This document shows, piece by piece, positions 1-11,145 of a stretch of 64,000 nucleotides of DNA. Made by a program: the position numbers and the translations under genes. The notes under the pieces were generated by a model that was not told the DNA's origin, made no database searches, and saw nothing but the letters and a program-made list of their open reading frames with translations. Each line of letters begins with the position of its first letter. Within the stretch, counting starts at the first letter, position 1. This stretch comes from Cycas panzhihuaensis (Eukaryota; Plantae; Cycadophyta), in the NCBI GenBank assembly GCA_023213395.1, contig CM041465.1, forward strand, positions 82,777,741 through 82,841,740. The letters run 5' to 3'.

Positions 1-2766
1 ACCCATTTCTATTGTTCATTTGTTAGGGATGCTTGGTTAAGGAAGTACTTCAAGCTATCATGATTCGTTTTAACAATTAACTTGTTTCCTAACAAATATT
101 TCTGCCATTGGTGGATGGCGTGCATGATGGCCAACACTTCTTTATCATATATGGGTTTGAGGCATTCCTGGGCATTGAGCTTTTGGCTTTTGTATGGAAT
201 CGGTCTTCCTTCTCACAAGAGTACTGCACCTATATCGAAACTCGATATGTCATATTCAATAGTGAATGGTTTCATGAAATCAGGCATTGCTAAGACCAGA
301 GTTGTGGCCATAGTTGTTTTTAATTGTTGAAAAGTACTTTCAGCCATTTGTGCCCACTTAAATGCATCTTTCTTAGTTAGATCCGTTAAGGGAGCGACTA
401 TGTGAGCGTAACCTTTATAAACTTGCATACGAATCCTGCAACTCCCAAAATTCCATGTACTCCTAACATATTTTTTGGTGTTGGCTAGTTGACGATTACT
501 TCAATCTTCTTTGGATCAATTTGTACCCCCTTCGAAGTGATGGCATGACCCAAATATTCTAACTTGGTTTAGACAAATGAACATTTGTTCCTGTTGGCAA
601 AAAGTTATTGATCTTGTAAAAGCTAAAGAATGATACAAATATGCTCTATGTGCTCCTACCAAGTTCGGCTATAAATTAAGATATCATCAAAGAAAACCAA
701 AATAAACTTTCATATGTATGACCTAAGAATCTGGTTCATCGTGTTTTGAAAGGTCGTTGAAGCATTTGTCAACTTGAACAACATAACTCAGAATTTGAAC
801 AATTCTTCCTGCGTATGAAATGTCGTTTTGTGAGTGTCTTAAGAGCTTTATAATCCCTGCACATTTGATACGATCCATCCTTCTTCCTAGAGAGTATGAC
901 TGAAGAGTCGAATTGACTAGTGTTGTGAGTGATGATACCCTACTATAAGAGCTTATGTGTAATGCGTTCAATCTCTCGTTTAAAGTGAAACGAGTGCCTA
1001 TATGGCCTAATGTTAACCGGGGCTGATTGCGGAGCCAACTCAATGGCGTGTTCACACCCATAAGTTGCAAGTAGCTTAGGAGGGAGCTCTTCAAACACTG
1101 TACTATACCGATCAATGAGGGTTTGAACCTCATATGGGACTTCTTCAATAGTTATCTTGTAACAAGAAAGCATGAAAGAATTGAGATTCTTCTGAAGTAG
1201 TTTTCCATTCACTATGACAACACCATTTGTATAGGAGGCTCCTCTGAAACTTGTAGCTTATATTTATGCCCCTTTAGGCGAAAGCCCATGAAGCATGTTT
1301 AGTAGTTGGTAACAATGTTACCTAGGGTTTGCAACCATTGGACTCCTAAAACCATGTTGACACCTCCAATTGGCATGGCAAACATACCGGTCAAAGTTGA
1401 GTAATCAACAATTCATAGATTTACTTGCTGATAGTATTTGCCACAAGGCATGGTTTTCCCATTTGCGATAGCCACCTAGAATACATTAAGTGGCTTAAAT
1501 GGAAGCCCTAGCTTGTCTGCTATAGGCTGATTTATGAAATTGTGAGTACTCCCACTATCTACCAAGATCGAAACTTTCACATTTATGATCATCCCTAAGA
1601 ATCGTAAGGTCTGGGGTGCATGTACTTCCCCTGTAATTGCCTGGAGAGATATCTAAATGTTATCCATAGCAATTTTTAGGTCATCGTCCAACTCAGCTTC
1701 ATCTTCATTGCCCATAGCTTCTTCTTCCACAATTTCTTCATCAACTTCTTCAAGAATATTTTCTTCTTTATTGCTTATCATAAACATCTTCTTGGGTGGA
1801 CATTTATGATCCCTATTGTATTTTCCACTGCAACAGAAACAAGTTCCATTTCTAATGCATTTAGCCCTTGATAGCTGCTCTTCCCTTTTTTCGGCTATAG
1901 GAGCCCCTGTTTTAGTTCTAGATTATGTCTAATTCGATACAAATTGTTGGTTGGGCTATCTCGAAAAATTGGCTCGATGTATAAAGCTTTGCCTATTCTC
2001 TCTAAATTTTGCCTTAATATTCCTTGCATGGTGAATGGCATTGCTAAGAAAGCTTACATCTGAAGTCTTCAAGTGATAGTTGATATTGCTTTTAAGCCCT
2101 GTGATGTAGACCTCTACTAATTGTCGTTCATTGATATTAGCTTCAACCAAATTGTGAAAAACTTGAAATTGTTCTATATAAGCTTGCATTGTTCCAATTT
2201 GTTATAGCTTAGTGAGTTGGGTGAAATAATTAGTTTTTGTCATGTCTTCGTATTGCTCAATTAAAGCCTCTTTTTAGGAAAATCCAAGTCTAATGGACTA
2301 TCCCTTCATAGAATCTCTGCCACTGGTGGTAATATTGTAAGGCTTTTCTGTAAAGATGTAGAGTGGCCACCACCAACTTCTCCTTATTGGTCAAAGAAAC
2401 CATCTTGAAGTATACTTCCATTTGTAAAATCCAACTATGCATGTCCTTGGATTTCTCTAGGTCAAATTTTTCCAATAGGAATTTAGTCCCTCTGAGGCTT
2501 GGACCTGCTTAACCATCTACATTGTTCACTTCTTCCTTAATCTCCTTCTCTTCTTTTAAGTGTTTCTAAGGGCTCAAGTCCTTTTGTTGAGCAAAAAGAA
2601 TATTTGATATCTTTTCGATATCTGCTCTTAAATCCTTGAATTGGTTTTGAAGTAGGTCTACATTGTCATTAACCTAATCCACCCATTTGGACACCTCTGC
2701 AACTGATTCGAAGGTTTGAAGCACCATTTTGCTAGAAGTAGTGGTCTTCCTTGATCTCAATTTCAT
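1..2766 (-). pseudogene. Degenerate gag-pol (gag, PR, RT with internal deletion, RNase H)
   Basis: ORF fragments 2290-2475, 1956-2189, 943-1212, 213-428 with Gypsy motifs; many stops and frameshifts. Confidence 0.9.
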
Positions 2767-2832
2767 TATGAGGGGCGAACATTTTACCCCTTTTTTGAAT
2801 GGAAACTTCTCCAAATTCCTCTTCGAAATGAA

Positions 2833-2844
2833 GCTTTGATACCA
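2833..2844 (-). promoter_or_regulatory. Primer-binding site, tRNA-iMet
   Basis: Minus strand TGGTATCAAAGC, 2 nt from LTR end. Confidence 0.9.
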
Positions 2845-2846
2845 CT

Positions 2847-3351
2847 TGTAGCAATAATTATGGATGAGCTAAAAAATAGTACACAATTCTTTTGAAAAAT
2901 ACTTATATCCAACAAAAATATCAGCCACTAAACATAAATTGCAACAAAAAATAAGTTATCAACAACATTCCAAAACTAAATAATGATAAAGCTTAATATC
3001 ATATGATAGATGAAAAAATTACATATACAATGAGGCTAAAAAATAGTCAAGTGATAAAGCTAAGATAGGATCCCTCTTTGAGGCGAGGTGCCCTTCAAAA
3101 GTGCAGCCCAAGAGCTGAAATTACAACAAAGAGAATAGCTTGAATGATGATCTTAAGAGCACCCAGCAACCTACTTAAATAGTCATTCAACTAACTCCTA
3201 AATTGGCCCGCTAGAACACCTTATGAAGTCAGCCAAAAAGTAAGTACCAAGTCAGCCACAACAATTGGGAAGAACTTTAACAGAATAAACTTAGATTCAA
3301 GTCAATTTTCTAGGTGTGTTGGAAGTCAGCCAAACTGAGGGGCTTGCTACA
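2847..3351 (-). repeat. 5' LTR (505 bp)
   Basis: Terminal inverted repeat TGTAGCAA...TTGCTACA, abutting the PBS. Confidence 0.9.
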
Positions 3352-3493
3352 CAAAGGCATTCATAGGAGCAATGCAAGAAAGAAATGGACAATTGATGAA
3401 GTTTGTGAGAAGAGGAATTATGAAGCCTATGAGCCAGTGACATGGCATTGAGTTGCTAGAGATAGAGCCAGTAGATAAAGGAAGTAACAGAGG

Positions 3494-4105
3494 TGTGTGT
3501 AGTTGATTTTGCTGCTACAACTACTATAGGACTGCTATAGGATCGCTATGATCGCTACAGAATGCTATAGGATCGCTATGGATCGCTGAGGATCGCGCTA
3601 TGGGGATCGCCATGGCTTCTGGGATTGCTACGACTACTACAGGCTGCTATGGAACTACTACAGAGCTGTGGCGACTGTTATGCAAGGTGCAACAATTGCT
3701 ACGTAAGGTGCAGTGACTGCTACGCGACTACGGTGACTGCTACGTAACTACTACCCAGCTGCTATTCGGGCAGAGAATGGGTCTGTCCGGCAAAGGCGGA
3801 CTCCATGATGATTAGAAGAAATAACTTATTTTTAGGAAACAGTTATGTAACGTCCACAATTTGTATATAAAAGTGGGAACCGCAATGTGCGGAATAGAGT
3901 TCAGTTTGCATACATGTAATTGTAATAGAGCTGCGCCACGTGTGAGGGCAGCCATTCTGTATTGCTCTGGCAGGCATCTGGTTGTGAGAGGACTAGACGC
4001 AGTGCCATGTTTTTGAATGAAAGTAATTCCGGATGATTTTACCCCCAACGTGTGTGTCTTTCTCTTTGCATTCTGTATGTTACAAGTATGATTGAGGCAC
4101 ACACA
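3494..4105 (+). repeat. 5' LTR (612 bp) with degenerate ~9-11 bp tandem array
   Basis: Direct repeat of 12902-13565; GACTGCTAY-type units ~3510-3765; TATATAAAA ~3864. Confidence 0.95.
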
Positions 4106-4108
4106 TAT

Positions 4109-4124
4109 TGGTTCCGTTGCCGGG
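4109..4124 (+). promoter_or_regulatory. Primer-binding site, tRNA-Glu
   Basis: TGGTTCCGTTGCCGGG is complementary to the plant tRNA-Glu 3' end CCCGGCAACGGAACCA. Confidence 0.88.
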
Positions 4125-4540
4125 TTTCCTAACAGAAAAGGATGAAAAATTAAAAACCAGAAGCCGCTCATGCCACCTAGGGTTAACTCGCTGAAGAAGA
4201 TAGAAACACAGGACAAAAGAAGCCGACGCTGGGACGCGGAGAAGAGCTAGGAAGGCGCGCGAAGACCCAGGGAGCTAATAGAGAAAAAACCGATAAAAAG
4301 GCGAAGTTAGAAGGGGCAGCAGGAGGAAAGCCAGACCCCAGTCGCACCTGTAGAATGCAATAAGGACGAGGAACCCCAGGAAGACACGAGTCGGCCAAAG
4401 GAAGAAAAATCGGATTTCGGCGAAATCAAGCAGAAGATAAAGACGCGGAAGAGAAAGACCTGCAAAATCTTCAAGATAATCAGGTATGGGATAATTTGGA
4501 CATATTTCAAAGTTTAAAGCAAAAGCAAGTAGTTGAGTTA

Positions 4541-5045
4541 GGGCAGCAAACCCAGTCAGGGTTGCGCCAAGTAGAAGCAGAGGAATTGCTGGAAAACCAA
4601 CTAAAGGAAGGGCGACAAACCCAGCCAGGGTTGCGCCAAGTAGAAACAAGAAATTCGCTGATAAATCAGCGCATAGAAGGGCGGCAAACCCAATCAGGGT
4701 TGCACCAGGAAGAAATAGAGAAATTGCTGGAAAACCAACAAAAGGAGGGGCGACAAACCTAGCCAGGGTTGCGCCAGGAAGAAACAGAGAAATTGTTGGA
4801 AAACCAGCAAGAGGAGGGGCGGCAAACCCAACTAGGGTTGCGCCAAGTAGAAATAGGAAATTCGTTGATAAATCAGTGTATAGAAGAACGGCAAACCCAG
4901 CAAAGGGAGCGCCAAGAAAAGACTGGAAATTGGCTGGAAACACAGCAAGAAGAAGGCGGGCAAACCCATAAAGGGTTGCGGCCAGAAGAAATTGAAAATT
5001 AGAAAACTCGACAAGTAGTAGTAGCAAACCTGTGACGGGTTGCAC
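4541..5045 (+). repeat. 69-bp tandem repeat (7 copies plus a partial) upstream of gag
   Basis: CAAACC anchors at 4547, 4616, 4685, 4754, 4823, 4892, 4961; encodes GRQTQxGLRQxE..LENQ..E 23-mers. Confidence 0.95.
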
Positions 5046-6647
5046 CTGAATGAAGACACAGATAGGCGGAATAATCAACAAAAGAACTGTGTAGGAATAC
5101 TGTTAAAATCTAAAAATTCACAAAAAATAGTGAGTAATGAAGAATTGCCCAGGCAGAATGAAACAGTGCAGGAGGGCTTGAATCCCAAGAAAAATCAGGA
5201 ATTGACGAACAAGCAAAAAGGAAGTTTGCAGATTGAGACAAAGGAAGAAAATTTATTAAAATTAGAAATATCTGACACCGCAGCAGGGTGGGACTGTTAT
5301 ATTCTGCAGGTAAAAGAAGATCACTCTCATGTATGGAATCCATTGTATAGAATGACTCGCATGTTCACAGGGTCATTATTCATTGAAGAAAGCCCAGAAA
5401 GTGCAACGTTGAAGCAAGGGGGAAGCGAGGACGAACTGAACATAATTGAACCAGCGAGACCAGGTTCTTCAGCTCCAAGAATAATGTCGCAAGGAAGTGG
5501 GGGAAGTCAAACAATTTCTCCATATGTAGTGGTGCAAAACGATGCCATGTTTGGACATCTTCAGTTCGATGGTTCTGGAGACCCCGGAGATCACCTGGCT
5601 TTGTTCTCCAACATGTTAAAAATCAAGAAAATTAAAGATCCAGAAGAAATTAAAGCCAGATTTTTTTCCACATTGTGGGGAACAACAATCGCGTGGTACC
5701 AATATGTTGCAGGAACAAATCCTAGTTGGGAAGCAGTTCAAACAAAATTTCTAGACAGATTTCAAAGGTTAAGAGATCCAATGGCGGTATTCTAGGCCCT
5801 GGAAGAAATCAGACAAATTCTAGGTGAATCAGTCAATGACTTTGATGGTAGACTAAGAATTATATTAAATAAAATGGATCATCTTGTTCCAATGAATCCT
5901 ATGCTGTCACTCAAGTATTTTGTACAAGGTCTATTACCTCATTTAAAGGAAAAAATAATGTTTCATCCTTTAAATAATTATGAACAAGTTAAGGAACTGG
6001 CGCTGCGATTTGAAAACCAGACGAGGACAGCATATAGTGGAATCCAGAATTCAGGACAAACGTCCTTATGGACCACAAATCCAGAAATTGAAAAGATGAA
6101 AAAAGAATTGGAAATGCTGAAACAACAGTCCTTTGTGATGCATGCTGAAAATCAACAGAATGACGAGATTGAAAAGTTAAGGAATGAAATAGCTAAATTA
6201 AAAGTGGGAAAAGCACGAGAGAACGTATGGTGCCCACCCCCTTGCAGACAACAGGGTCATTTTAGAAATGAACATCAGCAAAGAGAGAAGAAATGGTGTG
6301 AAATCTGTAGGAGGGAAAACCATAATACATGGGAATGCTATTACAGAAATCCACCAAGAGAATCCTTTTACCAGAAGAAGGAGAATTCTTCCTTTAAGCA
6401 ATACAAAGGGAAGACAAAACCAAATCACGCCATCATGCTCAAGATGGGGACATTTCAGACAGATCATCCATTAGAGAAAGCGGGAAAAGATTATATACAT
6501 GAAGAATGTGGCCTAGCGACCATGAATGGGCAAACCGTCCAAAGACTCACAGTCTTAAAATACAAACTTCAAATCTGGCTACAAAAATTCCAGATAAGGA
6601 AAAGCCAGTATATGTGCAGACGAGAAGCGGAAAAGCCACAAACTTAA
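5040..6647 (+). pseudogene. Gag with several CCHC zinc knuckles (stop at 5793, frameshift ~6270-6500)
   Basis: FDGSGDPGDHL...AWYQ capsid motif; WCEICRRENHNTWEC knuckle. Confidence 0.9.
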
Positions 6648-7480
6648 CAGACACTACAAATTTTCCAGATCCAGTAGTGGAAAAGAGGAGACTGCAGGAA
6701 GTTGTTGATGCAATACAAGAGGTGACAAGGACAGTACAATTGGATGAAATGGAACAAACAAATCGATTTAAAGGAAAGGTATACCAGAGAAAATCATTGG
6801 CGCATGAGGAGCAAAATCCTTGGCAGAAATTGCAAATTGTAAAAGAGTTGCTAATGGAATCAGGTATATCTATTCCTATATCTGTGATTTTTAAATGGTG
6901 GGAAGCTGGTTATTTTCTGCATCATATGGAAAAACCAGTGTTAAGAACAACGAAGATGGATGCAATTGACCCACGAGTTCCAATGATGTTGTTGGGAACT
7001 TTGATTTGCAAAACAGTGGTGGATGGAGGATCAGGAGTAAATGTACTTCCTGAATCTTCTTGGATTTCTTTGGGATGGCCAAAGCTGGTTTCCCCGGACT
7101 ATACAATTCGGTTAGCTAACCAATTGCAGGTTCGACCCATGGGGTCCTTGTTAAATACTCCAGTAACTGTAGCGGGAATTACAGTTCAATTGGATTTTGC
7201 AGTTGTTAGAATGCAAGACCATAGTAAAACATATCCAGCACTGCTAGGGCGGCCATGGTTGCTAGCGACAAAGGCCTTGCAGGATTGGGGAAGATTGACT
7301 TTCACTTTGTATTCTGCAGGAAAGAAAGTTGTACTACCTCAGTGTTCAGATGGTCCGCATATTGAAAGATTGAAGATGAAGACCGAATGTCCTCAACAAC
7401 AGCATCAACAGCCCGACAGTAAGCCCCTGTTCAGAGACAGCATTCCAAGCATTGAAGACCCCTCCACAGATGGCAAGTGA
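6506..7480 (+). CDS. Aspartic protease region
   Basis: VVDGGSGVNV and YPALLGRPWL motifs. Confidence 0.9.
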   Translation: MWPSDHEWANRPKTHSLKIQTSNLATKIPDKEKPVYVQTRSGKATNLTDTTNFPDPVVEKRRLQEVVDAIQEVTRTVQLDEMEQTNRFKGKVYQRKSLAHEEQNPWQKLQIVKELLMESGISIPISVIFKWWEAGYFLHHMEKPVLRTTKMDAIDPRVPMMLLGTLICKTVVDGGSGVNVLPESSWISLGWPKLVSPDYTIRLANQLQVRPMGSLLNTPVTVAGITVQLDFAVVRMQDHSKTYPALLGRPWLLATKALQDWGRLTFTLYSAGKKVVLPQCSDGPHIERLKMKTECPQQQHQQPDSKPLFRDSIPSIEDPSTDGK

Positions 7481-7556
7481 GACTTGATCTGCATACCTGC
7501 TAGACTGGTTGCAATTAGCTTAGGAAGAAACTGGAGAATCCTCAAAATGTTACCTG

Positions 7557-10500
7557 ATGGAATTATGTTTGGATGAATCAAGTAAAGGTAACAATGTACC
7601 ATGGGATTCTAAAGAAGATGATGTAATTCTTCCTTTTAATAAAACACAAAATGATTGCTTGTATGAATTGTCTAAAAATACGACATGCTCTGAAGAAGAT
7701 TCTAAAGAAGAAAGGAATTTTCCTAAAACATATTTTGTTGTTGAGTATGGGAATAAGGAAAGTTTGCAGGCACCAGCTTATGAACTAAACTCGGATGGAA
7801 AATCTGTTCAAAGGGAAAAGCTTCAGCTCAAACCCATTAATGTAGGGACAAAAGACAATCCAAAGTGTATACAATTAGGTGATTATTGGGAACCTGCAAT
7901 GATGCAAGAAGCTACCTCTCTTTTTCAAGAATTTAAGGATGTCTTCACATGGTCTTATAAAGATCTAAAAGGAATTCCTCCAGAGTTAGGAGAACACAGA
8001 ATTGAGCTAATGGAAAAGGCAAAACCAGTAAGGCAAAGACCTTACAGGATGAATCCGCGCTATAAGGAGCAAGTAAAGATAGAATTAGATAAATTATTAG
8101 AAGCCGGATATATATTTGAGGTAGAAAACAGTGAATGGGTAAGCCCGGTGGTGGTAGTACCCAAAAAGAGTGGAAAATTATGCATATGCGTTGATTATAG
8201 AGCTTTGAATAAAGCAATGAAGAAAGATCCATTCCCCATACCTTTCACTGAAGATGTACTAGAGAAAGTAGCGGGACATGAGATTTTTTCCTTTACAGAT
8301 GGTTTCAGTGGTTATAATCAAGTACGTATTGCACTTGAGGACCAATTGAAGATAACATTTGTTACGGAATGGGGGACATATGCATATAGGGTCATGCCAT
8401 TTGGGCTGACAAATGCTCCCACAACTTTTCAAAGGGTGATCTTAAACATCTTTAAGAAATTGTTAGGGAAAGTAGTGGAGGTATTTCTAGATGACTGGAC
8501 TCTGTATAGTACAATAGAAAAACATTTGTCTCAATTAAGGCTAATGTTAGAATTGTGCAGGGAAAGCAAATTATGCTTAAATCCAGACAAATGTACCTTT
8601 TTGGTACCGTTTGGATCATTGCTGGGACATATTGTCTCGAAGGATGGATTGAAAACTGACCCGACAAAAGTGGAGGTAATTTTGAGATTCCCTGTTCCTC
8701 AAATGCCAAAAAACCTAAAAGGTTTTTTAGGAATGACCGGCTATTACCGGAAATTTATAAGAAATTATGCTCGAATAGCCCATCCTCTAGAATCCTTGCT
8801 GAAAAAAGCTATTAAATGGGAATGGACACTTCAACAACAACTATCTTTTGATGCTTTGAAGAAAAAGATAGTGGAAGCTCCTGTGCTCAAATTTCCAGAC
8901 TGGAACAAACCGTTCCATGTTCATGTAGATGCATCACTGTATGCCATTGGCTGTGTGTTGGCCCAACCAGAAGATGAAAAAATAGATCTTCCAATTGCCT
9001 TTGCAAGTAGAAAGTTGACATTCGACGAGCGTAACTATACAGTTACTGAACGAGAGGGATTAGGCATGGTGTATGCCCTGCAGAAGTTCTGGCATTTCTT
9101 GTTAGCAAATCCATTTGTATTTTTTGTGGATCATCAAGCTCTTCAATTCTTGATTAATAAACCAATTTTGCAGGGGAGAATTAGCCATTGGCTAATGTTG
9201 TTTCAAGAATTTATGTTCAAAATTGTGGTAAAAAAGGGGGAGAAACACATCATACCAGATCAATTGTCACGAATAAAGGACAATGGGAAAGGTAAGGGAG
9301 TATTTGATGATTTTCTAGATCATAAATTATTCTCAGTCGAGGCCATGCCAGCATGGTACCAGGGAATCGCAGAGTATTTAACCACAGGACAAACACCTCA
9401 AGGATTGGAAAGGGTTGAAAGGGAAAGTTTTATTAAGAAAACTTTTCCATTCCAACTAATAGGAGGTATGTTGTATAAACTGGGACCTGATGGAATTCTA
9501 CGAAGGTGCATACTTCAACATGAAGTAGAACCATTGCTGAAGGAGGCTCATGAAGGCATAGTTGCAACACATCACGGAGGTGAAGTCACAGCCAGAAAAG
9601 TTTTGACAGCAGGATTATGGAGGCCCACATTGTTCGAAGATGCGGAAAAGTGGGTAAAAACCTGTGACATTTGTCAAAGAGCAGGTAAGCCATCAAAACA
9701 GAACTTTACGCTGCTTCATCCAATACTGGCCCAAGCTCCATTTGAAAAATGGGGATTGGATTTTGTTGGACCAATTAGTCCACCAGCAAGGAAGACGAAT
9801 GCAAGGTACATATTGGTAGCCACAGACTTTTTAACCAAATAGACTGAGGCAAAACCAATGAAAAAATGTGATGCAAGAAGCACAGCTCGCTTCTTGTACG
9901 AAGTTATTATCATAAGGTTTGGTTGTCCTTTAGAAATTGTGTTTGATCAAGGAGGAGCTTTCCTGAACCAGACAATTAGATATTTGACTACAGAATTCTT
10001 CATTCAACATCGAAGATCTTCACCATATTACCCTAGAGCAAATGGGCAAGTGGAAAGTACAAACAAAATTTTGAAGATCGCTTTGATGAAAATTTGCAAT
10101 GGACAACGAACCGATTGGGCGGAAAAATTGCATTCCGTCCTCTGGGCAGACAGAATGGTAAAGAAGCGATCACATAAACAAACACCATTTCAGCTGGTGT
10201 ATGGTTTGGAAGCTGTAGTTTTTCTGGAATTTCAAGCAGAAAGCCTGAGAGTGGCACAATACCTCAGGACAAATCCCAAAATTTCCCTCGACCAGCGGTT
10301 GATCCAGTTAATGAAGCTGGACGAAACCCAAGCACGAGCACTATGGGAATTGAGAATAGAAAAGAAAAGACGGAAAGCATGGCATGATCGCCATATCAAA
10401 AAGCCTGAATTTAAGGTAAATGATTTGGTATTATTGTATGATAGTAAGTTTAAATTTAAACTAGGAAAAATGAAAATTAGATGGTTAGGACCATATAGAA

Positions 10501-10604
10501 TTCAATTCATTTATGAAAATGGAGCAGTCAGATTGCAGTAGTTGGACGGACAACCATTGACTAAATTAGTCAATGGCAACAGACTGAAATTATATAGAAT
10601 GTAA
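7557..10604 (+). pseudogene. Pol RT-RNase H-integrase (stops at 9840 and 10539)
   Basis: FLDD RT, HVDAS RNase H, HHCC zinc finger, WGLDFVGP, WLGPY; ends VNGNRLKLY; no chromodomain. Confidence 0.96.
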
Positions 10605-10729
10605 AAATAAGAAAAAAAAAGGGGGGGTAAAATCACTGTCATCAAAAAACAATACGAAGGCGGTACATGGAAGCAGAACACAGACAGCAGATACGACCAG
10701 TAGCAGCAATGTTATTAGCGACGGGACAA

Positions 10730-10930
10730 AGTGACGGCGGTCTGATCGATAGCATTGATGCCAAGATAGTGACGGACGGAGAATGACTGACGGAGATGGA
10801 TCGACGGCATTGACGCCAAGATAGTGACGGACGAAGAACGACTGACGGAGATGGATTGACGGCGGGAAAGTGACTGACGGAAAAAGTATTAACGGACGGC
10901 GAATTTGAACTGCGGTGGACGGATGACGCG
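10730..10930 (+). repeat. CpG-rich 55-bp repeats with about nine TGACG motifs between pol and the extra ORF
   Basis: Units start at 10744, 10799, 10854. Confidence 0.8.
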
Positions 10931-11145
10931 ACCGCTCATAACACCATCATCATAAAATGAGCGCGAAGATCGTAATCATGATGATGATACGCTATGTTGT
11001 CAAATCGGAAAGACAAGGCAATAAAGCCTATAATTGACCACGGTGATAATCGACGCCGGTTTTGGTCGCCATGAATTGAAAAGTGGTTTTGCCAAGATAT
11101 CGTAGGTACTACGCATAACAGCGTAGTAGCCAAGAGAGGGGAAAG

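Larger units (their letters stand above)
1..3351 (-). mobile_element. Ty3/Gypsy (chromovirus-like) LTR retrotransposon, 5' part, degenerate; runs off left edge
   Basis: LTR 2847-3351, Met PBS, then decayed gag, protease (LVDSGSTHNFI ~1530-1565), RT (FFDDIL ~680-700) and RNase H on the minus strand; LTR resembles that of element 41987-45167. Confidence 0.92.

Noticed and set aside
4109-4124. tRNA gene
   Set aside because: Only 16 nt complementary to a tRNA 3' end including CCA, next to an LTR, so it is a PBS
4275-5081. 268-aa membrane protein gene
   Set aside because: Antisense to a purine-rich repeat; hydrophobicity and openness are explicable by composition
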